A stretch of 64,000 nt of DNA from an uncultured Planctomycetota bacterium (GTDB lineage Bacteria; Planctomycetota; UBA11346). Position 1 is the first letter of the stretch, and each line of letters opens with the position of its first letter. A program made the translations under genes and the position numbers. This document shows, in pieces, positions 53,733-62,494 of this stretch. The notes under the pieces were generated by a model, which saw only the letters and a program-made list of their open reading frames with translations, searched no databases and was not told where the DNA came from. The stretch is taken from NCBI GenBank assembly GCA_903902515.1, contig CAIUVD010000276.1, positions 938-64,937 on the forward strand, given 5' to 3'.

Positions 53733-55357
53733 GCGTATTCGCGGTACTGGTGGTCCGGATTCTGGCGGAAGCAGTAGGCGCGGTCCCAATCGCTGGGGAA
53801 CAACACCACCGCCCGGCCCCGGGTGTCCTTGGCGAGGTAGGATCCGGGGGTCGGTTGGAAGGTCAGGGCGTCGCCGATCAGCCAGCCGGAGCAGCGGTAG
53901 GGCAGGCCATCGAGGCGGACCTCGCAGCCGTACTCATCTTTCATGCGCCAGGCCAAGACTTCGAACTGCAATTGGCCGACGGCGGCGATGAAGGGGTCAG
54001 CCCCTGGATTGTCGAAGGAGCGCAGGACCTGGACGGCCCCTTCATTGGCCAGGCTGGCCATACCCTTGTCGAAGGCCTTGCGCTTGGTCAGGTCGGCGGG
54101 GCTGACCTTGGCGAAGCATTCCGGCGGGAAGGCCGGCAGGGGCCGGTGCTCGAAGGACTCCCGCTGGCTGATGGACTTGTCGATGATGGTGTCGCCGATG
54201 GCGAACCCGGCATTGATCAGACCGACCACATCGCCGGGATAGGCGACATCCAGGGTCGTGCGATCCCGGGCCACCAGGGTCGCCGGGCGCGACAGGCGCA
54301 TCTCGCGCACCAGTTCGCCCCGGTGCAGGTGCTTGACTACCTGATCGCGCTCGAAGCGACCCGAGCAGATGCGGATGAAGGCCAAGCTGTCGCGGTGCTT
54401 GGGATCCATGTTGGCCTGGATCTTGAAGACGTAGGCGCTGAAGGGCGCGGTCACGGGATCCAGGGGTCGGCTCTCCGCCTCATCGAGGGAGCCGAGGGGC
54501 AGAACCGGCCGGGGCCCGGGGGCGGCGGCCAGTTCGACGAAGGCGTCGTAGAACGGTTCGATGCCGAAGTTGGTCAGGGCCGAGCCGAAGAACACCGGCG
54601 TCACCTTGCCCTCCTGGAAGGCCTCGATGCTGAACGGATTGCCGGCGATCTCCAGCATGTCGAGGTCGTCCCCGAGTTTGCTGCGCTGATCGGGGGCCAG
54701 GGGCGCGTCATCGAGGGGCACCGAGGTCATAGAGGCCCGCTGGCTGCCACCGACAGCGGTCTTCTCAAACAGGTGGACCTGGCGCGAGCGGCGGTCGGCG
54801 ACGCCGACGAACTCCTTGCCGCTGCCGATCGGCCAGTTCATGGCGCAGGCCTGGATGCCCAGGACTTCTTCGACTTCGGTCATCAGTTCGAGGGGATCCC
54901 GACCGGGCAGGTCAAGCTTGTTGATGAAGGTCAGGACCGGAATGCCGCGCAGTTTGCAGACGGCGAACAGCTTGCGGGTCTGGGTTTCGACGCCCTTAGC
55001 GGCGTCCAGCACCATGATGGCGCTGTCGGCGGCCGTCAGGGTGCGGTAGGTGTCCTCCGAGAAGTCCTGGTGGCCCGGGGTGTCGAGGATGTTGATGGTG
55101 TACCCCTTGTAGGGGAACTGCATGGCCGACGAGGTAATGGAGATGCCGCGCTCCTGCTCCATCTGCATCCAGTCGGAGGTCGCCAACTTCCGACCCTTGC
55201 GGCCCTTCACCATGCCGGCGGTGCGGATCAGGCCAGAATACAGCAGCAGCTTTTCCGTGAGGGTGGTCTTGCCGGCGTCGGGATGGCTGATGATGGCAAA
55301 GGTGCGGCGGGCCGAAGTCTCGCGGGTGATCTCGGCAATAAGGGCGTCGTCAGGCAT
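53729..55357 (-). CDS. prfC: Peptide chain release factor 3 (GTPase)
   Basis: RRTFAIISHPDAGKTTLTEKLLL, DTPGHQDF and NKLD are the G-motifs. The 542-aa protein is colinear with RF3. Confidence 0.95.
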   Translation of the reverse strand: MPDDALIAEITRETSARRTFAIISHPDAGKTTLTEKLLLYSGLIRTAGMVKGRKGRKLATSDWMQMEQERGISITSSAMQFPYKGYTINILDTPGHQDFSEDTYRTLTAADSAIMVLDAAKGVETQTRKLFAVCKLRGIPVLTFINKLDLPGRDPLELMTEVEEVLGIQACAMNWPIGSGKEFVGVADRRSRQVHLFEKTAVGGSQRASMTSVPLDDAPLAPDQRSKLGDDLDMLEIAGNPFSIEAFQEGKVTPVFFGSALTNFGIEPFYDAFVELAAAPGPRPVLPLGSLDEAESRPLDPVTAPFSAYVFKIQANMDPKHRDSLAFIRICSGRFERDQVVKHLHRGELVREMRLSRPATLVARDRTTLDVAYPGDVVGLINAGFAIGDTIIDKSISQRESFEHRPLPAFPPECFAKVSPADLTKRKAFDKGMASLANEGAVQVLRSFDNPGADPFIAAVGQLQFEVLAWRMKDEYGCEVRLDGLPYRCSGWLIGDALTFQPTPGSYLAKDTRGRAVVLFPSDWDRAYCFRQNPDHQYREYA

Positions 55358-55419
55358 GGCGGGACAAGGTGGGCGGGTTCCGGGGAGGGCAAGGCGGGGC
55401 GGGGGCGCCTGGCGGCGCT

Positions 55420-55529
55420 GTCCGGGGTCCGGGGTCCGGGGTCCGGGGTCAAAGACAGAATCGGTGACGTGCTCCCAACGCCTGGGCTATTCCCAGGCCC
55501 GAGACTTCGCGGGACCCCGGACCCCGGAC
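55420..55529 (+). repeat. Intercistronic element: 4 tandem TCCGGGG heptads and a complementary GGACCCC x2.5 arm flanking a small palindrome
   Basis: The heptads lie at 55421-55448. The arm at 55512-55529 is a perfect 18-19-nt complement and can pair in several registers. The central hairpin GCCTGGG-CTATT-CCCAGGC lies at 55480-55498. The element sits between the hpt stop (55532) and the prfC start (55357). Confidence 0.8.
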
Positions 55530-55531
55530 AT

Positions 55532-56041
55532 TTAAAAGGCCCGCACCTCCGGCAAATGCCGCCATTTTCCATCCAAATCCAGGCCGTAGCCGACGACGAA
55601 GCGGTCGGCGATGGTGAAGCCCGTAAGGTCGGCGGTGGCCAAGCCGCCAGGGGCACGACGAGTGGGTTTATCGAGGCAGACGCAGGTTCGGACCCGGGCG
55701 GCTCCGGCGGCGCGGCAGGCGGCGGTGGCGGCGGCCAGGGTCAGGCCGGTGTCGAGGATGTCGTCGATCACCCATACGTCGGCCCCGGCCATGGAGGGGG
55801 GGTGTTCTAGGTCGACGGTGCCCGTACTGACTGTGCCTCGGTAACTGCTGGCCCGGCGGAACACCAGGGTCAGGTCCGGGTCCGGGATCGCCCGGGCCAG
55901 GTCGGCGGCGAAGATGAACGCACCGTCCAACAGGGCGAGCAGAATCAGGGGTTCTGGGCCCCGGGCGGCGCTCAGGGCGGCTCCCAGTTCCTGGACGCGG
56001 GCCGAGAGAGTGGGGGCAGGGATGAGAACGTCCGGAGGCAT
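55532..56041 (-). CDS. hpt: Hypoxanthine(-guanine) phosphoribosyltransferase
   Basis: From ATG 56041 the protein reads MPPDVLIPAPTLSARVQELGAAL...ADVWVIDDILDTGLTL (PRPP-binding motif)...FVVGYGLDLDGKWRHLPEV. The track ORF (to 58630) is otherwise an antisense shadow of bamA. Confidence 0.85.
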   Translation of the reverse strand: MPPDVLIPAPTLSARVQELGAALSAARGPEPLILLALLDGAFIFAADLARAIPDPDLTLVFRRASSYRGTVSTGTVDLEHPPSMAGADVWVIDDILDTGLTLAAATAACRAAGAARVRTCVCLDKPTRRAPGGLATADLTGFTIADRFVVGYGLDLDGKWRHLPEVRAF

Positions 56042-56134
56042 GATGACGCAGCATGTTGTGACGATCCGACACCGGAACGGATTTTCCTTATTCCGGCATT
56101 CCCTTTCCCTATCCCTCCCTACCGTCCTCGCCCC

Positions 56135-58657
56135 GTGAAACGTCTCGTCGCCTCGCTTCTGCTGGTCGGTGCCCTTGGTGCCGTGGAACCCGTCCTCCAA
56201 GTGACGGATGTGGTCATCGAAGGGGCCGCCCACGTCCATCCAGACCGGGTGCGGTTCATCGTCGATGCCCGGCCGGGGCGCAGTTATACCCTCGGTCAGT
56301 TGCAGCAGTCGGTGGCCGATGACGTCAAAGCCATCGAGAAAATGGGGCCGTTCACGGGCGTTCGCAGCGAGTTGAAGTACGGTGACGACGGCAAGTCCGT
56401 GACCGTCATCTACCGCTTTAAGGAACTGCCCTACATCGGCGAGGTCCGGTTCGAAACCTGGAAGCGGATTGTCCGCCGGGGCTACGAGGTTCGGCCCGCC
56501 GACGAGACGACCCCGGGGGCCCTGTACGACGCCCTCGGCTACTTCGATAAGGATAAGTTGCAGAAGGTGGTGGAAACCAAGCCGGGTTCCTACCTCAATC
56601 CGATCCTGGTCGAAAGCGACCGCCGCGCCCTCCTGCGGAAGCTGTTGGATGACGGCCACCGCTTCGCCCGGGTCGAGATGGAGACCGAGGACAAGGACGG
56701 CACCACCTCCATTATCTTCCGCATCGACATCGGCCAGAACGTCGAGGTTGGCAAGGTCATCATCGAGAATCTGCCCGCCGGCATCAGCATGCGGGCCTTC
56801 GAGCCGGGCCCCTATAACCCGGCGGGTCTGTTCAATGCTGTTGGCCGTCCCTATCAGGCGGACCTCGTGCAGTTGGACGAGGGCACCATCATCCGTGTCC
56901 TCCAGGATCTTGGCTGGCTGGATGCCCGGCTGGTGGCCACTCGGCGGGAGATCACCGACTACGTCCGGCCCAACGAGGATCGTCGCCGCCATGGCCCAGA
57001 TCTGGCCCCGGATGCCATCACCAATGACCGGGTGGTGCTGATCTACACCATCGAGCCCGGGGTCCGCTACAAGCTCGGCAAGGTTAGTTTCGTCGGGAAT
57101 ACAGTGGCCACCGGCGAGGAACTGTTGGAGGCCTTCGCCATGGCCGAGGGATCGTGGTTTCGGCGTCTGGACCTGGAGGGTGACTCCCGCGAGGACCGGC
57201 GGGGCCGGGACCGCTACAAGGCTCTGGGGGCTATCGAACGTTCTCGCCGGGTGATCAGCAACACCGGCCGGGCCCGCTGCCGCTTCCAGCCCGATCGCCG
57301 CCTCGATACCGTCAACCACATCGTCGATCTGGTCATCCACGTCGAGGAAGGCGGCATCTACCACATCGGCCGCCTGGACATCCATGGCAACCGGGTGACC
57401 CGTGATGCCATCGTCCGCCGGGCCATGTCCCTCAACCCGGGCGACCTGTGGAATGACGACGAACTGGATGACAGCCGCCGCCAGATCGAGCGTACGGGCA
57501 TTTTCGCCGACCGGTCCCGCCCGCCCCGGCCCCTGCGCTTGGATCCCCAGTTCCCCGAGGACCAGCCGGGCATCGTGGAGCTGAAGGTCGAGGTCGACGA
57601 GCAGCCTTCGGGCAGCCTGCGCTTCGAAGTGGGGTACAGCAGTTCCTCGGGCCTGTTCGGTCAGTTGGAGTACACCGAGCACAACCTGGACATGCTGGCG
57701 ATCCTGTCCGGCGAGGCTTTCCGGGGCGGCAACCAGGACCTGTCCTTCTCGATTTACGCCAGCCAGAACCGCAAGTCCCTGTCCTCGACCTGGACCAATC
57801 CTCACGTCTTTGACGGTCCCTACGCGACCTCCGTCACCGGCTACCGTTCCGATGCGGACCCCTATGAATGGCGGGAAATTCGCCTCGGTGGCTCGGTCAG
57901 CGTGTCGCGGAACTTCCTGCGTAACGACCTGGCGATTGGCACGACCTATGGCTACACCGACCTTGAGGTGTCCGATGCCAGTGCCAACGCGGCGGACAAC
58001 GTGGTCGAGAAGCACTTCTTCTGGAACTCCCTGGGTCTGTTCCAGAGCTACGACCGGCTCGATAATCGCCTCCTGCCGACCAGTGGCTTCCTGGTCCGGG
58101 CCAACCAGACCGCCAACGGCCAGCCCCTCCCAGGGACGATCCCGTGGCTGGAATATACGGAATCCGCTGACGGCTATCTGCCGATGCACGAAACCGATGA
58201 CGGCGGGGTGACCTTCCTGCGCTTGAGCGGCCGCTTCAAGACCGCCGTGCCGTTGTCCGATGAGGACGTGCCGTTTTTTGCCCGCTACCGGGGCGGTGGC
58301 CCGGCGCCACGCCATCGCGGCTTCGAGCCAGGCCGCCTGTCGCCCACCGAAACCAATCGCAACGGGTACAATTCCCGTCTGGGCGGCGTCCGCGACTTCC
58401 TGGCCACTGCCGAGATGTCGTTCCCGGTGATGGGCACCAACGATGGCATCCGGGTCGTCAACTTCATCGACTACGGCAATGTTTACGCGGAAAACGAGGA
58501 TTTTACCTTCGGCAGCATGCGGGCGGCGGCCGGTTTCGGCGTCCGCTTCCCGATTCAGTTGCCGGTCAGCATCGACTTCGCGTGGCTGCTGGGTGACCGC
58601 AAACCCAACGAAGCCGGCAGCCAGATCCACTTCGGCCTCGGCATGACGTCCTTCTGA
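56135..58657 (+). CDS. bamA: Outer membrane protein assembly factor BamA (POTRA repeats plus an Omp85 barrel)
   Basis: The GTG start gives the signal peptide MKRLVASLLLVGALGA. POTRA-like repeats are present (VVIEGAAHVHPDRVRFIV..., VIIENLPAG..., VSFVGNTVATGEELLEAF, LDIHGNRVTRDAIVRRAM). The C-terminal barrel ends ...IHFGLGMTSF. Confidence 0.9.
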   Translation: MKRLVASLLLVGALGAVEPVLQVTDVVIEGAAHVHPDRVRFIVDARPGRSYTLGQLQQSVADDVKAIEKMGPFTGVRSELKYGDDGKSVTVIYRFKELPYIGEVRFETWKRIVRRGYEVRPADETTPGALYDALGYFDKDKLQKVVETKPGSYLNPILVESDRRALLRKLLDDGHRFARVEMETEDKDGTTSIIFRIDIGQNVEVGKVIIENLPAGISMRAFEPGPYNPAGLFNAVGRPYQADLVQLDEGTIIRVLQDLGWLDARLVATRREITDYVRPNEDRRRHGPDLAPDAITNDRVVLIYTIEPGVRYKLGKVSFVGNTVATGEELLEAFAMAEGSWFRRLDLEGDSREDRRGRDRYKALGAIERSRRVISNTGRARCRFQPDRRLDTVNHIVDLVIHVEEGGIYHIGRLDIHGNRVTRDAIVRRAMSLNPGDLWNDDELDDSRRQIERTGIFADRSRPPRPLRLDPQFPEDQPGIVELKVEVDEQPSGSLRFEVGYSSSSGLFGQLEYTEHNLDMLAILSGEAFRGGNQDLSFSIYASQNRKSLSSTWTNPHVFDGPYATSVTGYRSDADPYEWREIRLGGSVSVSRNFLRNDLAIGTTYGYTDLEVSDASANAADNVVEKHFFWNSLGLFQSYDRLDNRLLPTSGFLVRANQTANGQPLPGTIPWLEYTESADGYLPMHETDDGGVTFLRLSGRFKTAVPLSDEDVPFFARYRGGGPAPRHRGFEPGRLSPTETNRNGYNSRLGGVRDFLATAEMSFPVMGTNDGIRVVNFIDYGNVYAENEDFTFGSMRAAAGFGVRFPIQLPVSIDFAWLLGDRKPNEAGSQIHFGLGMTSF

Positions 58658-59016
58658 TGCGCGGCCTGCTTCTGCTCCCCGTGCTGGTTTTCGCCCTTTG
58701 CGCCTGCAATGAGGCTCGGGTGCCCCCGACGGCGCGGGCCCAGGCCCTGCGCGACCGGGAGCCCCGGGAGGTCAAGGTCGTCCGGGTGTGGAATCAGGTG
58801 GGCGAACGCCTTGAGCAGGGCGCCGACCCACACATTAGCCATTATATTGAAGTTGATGTCCTGGCCGGCCCTGGAGCCGGGAAGCCCCTGACGCTGCCCT
58901 ATGACCAATGGAATACCGGGCGGCCGGCGCCCGAGGTCGGCGAACGGATGATGATGGCGCCCGCCGATTGGGTTGAACGGGACGCCCGGACTCCAGGTCG
59001 GCCCTACGGTCACTGA
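58657..59016 (+). CDS. Small putative lipoprotein of unknown function downstream of bamA
   Basis: The ATG overlaps the bamA stop (TGATG). MRGLLLLPVLVFALCACNE is lipobox-like. The protein is 119 aa with no recognised family, and it is not Skp-like. Confidence 0.5.
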   Translation: MRGLLLLPVLVFALCACNEARVPPTARAQALRDREPREVKVVRVWNQVGERLEQGADPHISHYIEVDVLAGPGAGKPLTLPYDQWNTGRPAPEVGERMMMAPADWVERDARTPGRPYGH

Positions 59017-59072
59017 CGGTGTCGTTTGCGCGATGGCCCGGGTCCGATGGACCCGGCGGGAAACCATGGGGC

Positions 59073-59101
59073 TTGACACTATCTGTTTTAACAGGTATTT
59101 A
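59073..59101 (+). promoter_or_regulatory. Sigma70-like promoter (TTGACA-17 nt-TATTTA) with an embedded palindrome CTGTTTTAACAG, immediately upstream of marR
   Basis: TTGACA lies at 59073-59078, TATTTA at 59096-59101 and the palindrome at 59083-59094. The ATG at 59108 is only 6 nt after the -10 box, which implies a leaderless or very short-leader mRNA. Confidence 0.35.
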
Positions 59102-59107
59102 TAGTCC

Positions 59108-59605
59108 ATGAGCGATGGCCTCCTCCGCGATCTCAAGCAGACCAAGCCGTTCGCCCATGAGCGGATCGCCGTGCTGCTGAGTTTGCTGCGGACCGGCGAT
59201 TTGATGTCCCGCCCGTTGGAGGAGTTGCTTCGTCCGGCGGAACTCTCCCACACCACCTATAATGTGCTGCGTATCCTGCGGGGAGCTGGGGCCACCGGGC
59301 TCCCCTGCCGCGAAATCGGGGCTCGTCTGGTGACCCGCGAGCCGGATGTCACCCGCCTGCTCGATCGCCTGGAGCGGCGCGGTCTGCTGACCCGCTCCCG
59401 AGATGCGGTGGACCGTCGGGTGGTGACCATTCGCATTAGTGACGCGGGGATGACCCTGCTCGATGACCTTGACATGGATCGTCGCGGCTACGACGCCCTC
59501 GCCCCTTTCTTCGTCGGCCTGACCCAGGCTGATATCACCACCCTCCTCCGTCTCCTGGATCGTCTCCGGGAGGTGGAGGAGTCCGCCACCAGGAATGTCC
59601 CATGA
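59108..59605 (+). CDS. MarR-family transcriptional regulator
   Basis: A winged HTH is present: LSHTTYNVLRILRGAGATGLPCREIGARLVTREPDVTRLLDRLERRGLLTRSRDAVDRRVVTIRISDAG. Confidence 0.85.
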   Translation: MSDGLLRDLKQTKPFAHERIAVLLSLLRTGDLMSRPLEELLRPAELSHTTYNVLRILRGAGATGLPCREIGARLVTREPDVTRLLDRLERRGLLTRSRDAVDRRVVTIRISDAGMTLLDDLDMDRRGYDALAPFFVGLTQADITTLLRLLDRLREVEESATRNVP

Positions 59606-60162
59606 CCCGTCTCCTCCTCGCCGCTTCCCTCGCCCTCGCCGCCTTCGGCTCGACCCAGGCTGCAGATACCTTCCAGGTCGACGCCAGCCACAGCTCCGTG
59701 ATTTTCAAGGTCCAGCACCTTGGCGTCGCCAATAACTACGGCCGGTTCAATGATCTGGAGGGCACCCTGACCCTCGACGCCGCCAACCCGGCCGCGAACC
59801 AGATCAGCCTGACCATCAAGACCGACAGCGTCGACACCCACAACGAGAAGCGCGATCAGCACCTGCGCGCCGCTGATTTCCTCAACAGCAAGCAGTTCCC
59901 CACCGCCACCTTTGTGTCCAGCGCCTGGGCCAAGACCGCCAGCGGCTTTGATGTCACCGGCGCCCTGACCCTGGCCGGCGTCACCAAGACCGTGACCGTG
60001 CCCGTCGTCCAGGGCCCCGTCATCAAGGACCCCTGGGGTCTGAACCGTACCGGCTTCGAGACGACCATCGTCATCAAGCGTTCGGACTACGGCATCAAGG
60101 GCGTGCCTGGTGTTGGTGATGAGGTGTCCCTCATCATCGCCACCGAAGCCATCGCCAAGTAA
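59602..60162 (+). CDS. yceI: YceI-family periplasmic (polyisoprenoid-binding) protein
   Basis: The ATG overlaps the marR stop (ATGA). A signal peptide is followed by TFQVDASHSSVIFKVQHLGVANNYGRFNDLEGTLTLD and HLRAADFLNSKQFPTATF. Confidence 0.9.
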   Translation: MTRLLLAASLALAAFGSTQAADTFQVDASHSSVIFKVQHLGVANNYGRFNDLEGTLTLDAANPAANQISLTIKTDSVDTHNEKRDQHLRAADFLNSKQFPTATFVSSAWAKTASGFDVTGALTLAGVTKTVTVPVVQGPVIKDPWGLNRTGFETTIVIKRSDYGIKGVPGVGDEVSLIIATEAIAK

Positions 60163-60172
60163 TCCCCCCGGG

Positions 60173-60205
60173 CCCCGCGTGCCGCCCTTCGGGCGGTACG
60201 CGGGG
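60173..60205 (+). terminator. Rho-independent-type terminator after yceI
   Basis: CCCCGCGTGCCGCC-C(TTCG)G-GGCGGTACGCGGGG forms a stem of about 14 bp with one G-T pair and a UUCG-type tetraloop. It is followed by CTCCGTCATTTT. Confidence 0.55.
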
Positions 60206-60229
60206 CTCCGTCATTTTGAGGAGGCACCG

Positions 60230-61069
60230 ATGTTCACCCTGGGTCAATTCCTTGCCTGCTTGGTGGTTCCGGCCGTGTTGGTCCTGATTACGGCACCCCT
60301 GCGCCGGGATCTGGGCCCGGGATGGTGGACCGGCGGCTTGGCTGGGGCTTTACTAGCCCTGGCGGCGGCTCTTGGGCACTTCGCGGCGGCCCAGGCCATT
60401 GGTGATGCGGTGGCGCCGCCGGTGCGCGGGTGGCATTGGTTTATTCCTGGTGCCCTGGCGTTGGGTGTGGTGACCCTGGTCCCGGCGGGCCGGTGGCGTG
60501 GCGTTCTCCTTGGAGGAGCCGCCTGCTTGGCGGTGGCTGGCGTGTTGCAGCCCCTGGGGGGGATGTCCCTCGCCCTCATGGGAACCTGGGCGGTGGGGGC
60601 GGCCGTGGCGGTGTTTCTGGCGGGTTGGGCCGGTGAACGGACCCTGGCGGCCGAGGGCCCCAAAATCGGCCATGGCCTGCTGCTCCTGGTGGCGGCGGGT
60701 TCCGCCGCCGTGATCGGCCTGGGGGGATCGAAGGACCTCGCCCTGTTGTCGGCGACCGTCGCTAGCGCCCTGGGTGGTAGTGCGATTCTTGCCGTGATGG
60801 GGTGGTCTTCGGCCCGTGGCTTGGCGCTGCCGGTCACGGCCCTCCTCTCTGGTCACCTGGCGATTGGCGCGGGATACGCCGAGACTTCGCCGGTTGCGGC
60901 TGGACTGGTAGCATTGGCCATGCCCCTGGCAGCCCTTGGGAATCGTTGGACGGGCACGCGGGGATCCGTGATCCGGGTGGCGGTGGCGGTAGTCCTGGTC
61001 GCGACTGCGGTTGTCGTGGCCGCCCGTCAGGGATTGGCGGATCCCGGCTATGGTGGTTATGGCGGTTGA
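60230..61069 (+). CDS. Polytopic Gly/Ala/Leu-rich membrane protein of unknown function
   Basis: ATG 60230 is preceded by GAGGAGG (60218-60224). The protein has about 8-9 hydrophobic segments and ends in a GYGGYGG tail. The track start at 60110 overlaps yceI. Confidence 0.6.
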   Translation: MFTLGQFLACLVVPAVLVLITAPLRRDLGPGWWTGGLAGALLALAAALGHFAAAQAIGDAVAPPVRGWHWFIPGALALGVVTLVPAGRWRGVLLGGAACLAVAGVLQPLGGMSLALMGTWAVGAAVAVFLAGWAGERTLAAEGPKIGHGLLLLVAAGSAAVIGLGGSKDLALLSATVASALGGSAILAVMGWSSARGLALPVTALLSGHLAIGAGYAETSPVAAGLVALAMPLAALGNRWTGTRGSVIRVAVAVVLVATAVVVAARQGLADPGYGGYGG

Positions 61070-61101
61070 GCCGGGCGGCGGGTTCCACTAGGATCCAACC
61101 C

Positions 61102-61797
61102 ATGTCCTCCCCGCGACTGCTTCCATTTGTCTGTACCGCGTGCGATGCCCATCTGCGCCTACCTGAGCAGTACGTGGGCAAGGCGATCCTGTGTCCGAAA
61201 TGCGCGGCCCCCCAGCGATTCGTCAATGCCGAGACGCCGATCCAGCCGATGGACACCACGCGAGCCCTGCGGGCCGATGAACTGCCGGAAACCCCGGAGC
61301 TTGGCCCACTGACCCAACTCGCCCCGACACACCCCTATCCAACCCCGCCGCAGTTAGATCTTCCCATCACCGAGATCGCTCCCATTGCCCAGGTGCTGTC
61401 GGAGCATGAATTTGATCCCCAGCCCGCCCCCCCGCCCCGGCGCACGGTGGATCCCGCCCTGACCAGCCCGGCCCGCCGGGCTTCCCAGGGGGGTGGCGTC
61501 GACGAACCCGGTGCCATGCCCCTGGCGTACCCGGTTCAGGATGCGCCCGGGGCCGTCATGGTGGCACCCCGTTCCCACAGTCTGGTGGTGGTCCTGGTGT
61601 GCTTGGGCTTCTTCTGTGTCGGCTTGGCGGTGTCCCTGATTTTTGTCACCCAGGCTCTCGCCGATGAAAAAGTTCGTCGTCGGGAAGCGGAGGCCCGCGC
61701 CCAAGAGGCGCGGATATCGGCCGAGGAAGCGGCCCGCCAGGTAACGGCTATCCAAGCCCGCCAGGAGGAGTTACTTCGCCAGCTGCGTCGGCCGTGA
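61102..61797 (+). CDS. Zinc-ribbon (CxxC...CxxC), Pro-rich linker, TM helix and coiled-coil protein; function unknown
   Basis: From ATG 61102 the protein reads MSSPRLLPFVCTACDAHLRLPEQYVGKAILCPKCAAP. The TM helix is LVVVLVCLGFFCVGLAVSLIFV. The C-terminus is EKVRRREAEARAQEARISAEEAARQVTAIQARQEELLRQL. Confidence 0.6.
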   Translation: MSSPRLLPFVCTACDAHLRLPEQYVGKAILCPKCAAPQRFVNAETPIQPMDTTRALRADELPETPELGPLTQLAPTHPYPTPPQLDLPITEIAPIAQVLSEHEFDPQPAPPPRRTVDPALTSPARRASQGGGVDEPGAMPLAYPVQDAPGAVMVAPRSHSLVVVLVCLGFFCVGLAVSLIFVTQALADEKVRRREAEARAQEARISAEEAARQVTAIQARQEELLRQLRRP

Positions 61798-61855
61798 GGG
61801 ATTCCGCCCTGGGGCGGCTTGCACCCCTGGGCCCTGATTCCATCATCGGCACCCC

Positions 61856-62362
61856 ATGCGCTTCCTCCTGGCTCCCATCGTCCTGTCCGCCGCCGCCCTG
61901 GTCCTGCTGCCGTCCTGCACCCGCGAGGTGCCCAAGCCGGTCGTGGTGGTGCCCGCCACCGGTTGGACCGCCGAGGATACCCAGGCCGTGACCGTCGGTT
62001 TGAGCGAGGCCCTGGCGGCTCACCCCTGGGTCGGTCAATTCCGGGAATCCAACGGCCGTCAGCCGGTCCTGGAAGTCCGGGTCCCCGAAGACCGCAGCGG
62101 CGACCAGGTGCCGGTGGCTGATCTGGCGTCCGCCTACGGGCAAGCCCTCGCCGGGTCAGATCGCCTCCATGCCGCGGCCCAGGGCGAGGTCGCCGATGTC
62201 GCTCTCGTGACGATTGTCGGCCTCCGTAAAGTCGGCGTGGCCACTTACTTCACGGTCGATGCCCGGGTGATCGACGCCCGCACGGGTGAATCCCGGTGGA
62301 ACGGGGGTCTTGAGCGCCCCCGCCAGGAACCCGTGCCCGTACCAGCTCCTGCCCCCCGCTAA
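61856..62362 (+). CDS. Lipoprotein, possibly LpoB-like (tentative)
   Basis: MRFLLAPIVLSAAALVLLPSC carries a lipobox. The pattern GWTAEDTQAVTVGLSEAL...PVLEVRVPEDRSGDQVPVADL loosely resembles LpoB/YcfM-type lipoproteins. This is a low-certainty call. Confidence 0.5.
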   Translation: MRFLLAPIVLSAAALVLLPSCTREVPKPVVVVPATGWTAEDTQAVTVGLSEALAAHPWVGQFRESNGRQPVLEVRVPEDRSGDQVPVADLASAYGQALAGSDRLHAAAQGEVADVALVTIVGLRKVGVATYFTVDARVIDARTGESRWNGGLERPRQEPVPVPAPAPR

Positions 62363-62494
62363 ACCCGCGCGAATGTATGACCCACCGCCCTGGTCCAGGG
62401 GCGGGGGGTGCGTTTGTCAGCGAGGGGTGGGCTCTACGCTTGTTGATCCTCGCCACCGGTTCCGGTCGGCGTCTGCAGCCGGAGTTCCTGTCGC

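Noticed and set aside
53750-55810. A 686-aa plus-strand ORF overlapping prfC. Similar long shadow ORFs occur at 4208-5920, 7641-9275, 26912-28492, 29188-30828, 39471-41159, 10308-11582 and 17184-18695.
   Set aside because: Each lies antisense to a gene with clear family motifs (prfC, pilus genes, GH genes, pyrG, SNF2, GH42). Each has a low-complexity Gly/Arg/Asp/His-rich translation without recognisable domains. Stop-codon depletion in high-GC DNA is enough to explain them.
55532-58630. A 1032-aa minus-strand ORF, the longest in the track
   Set aside because: All but its last 169 codons are an antisense shadow of bamA (56135-58657, plus strand). That part has the Arg/Gly/Ala/Val/Asp-rich composition typical of high-GC antisense frames. 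Only the C-terminal part, from ATG 56041, is a recognisable protein (Hpt).
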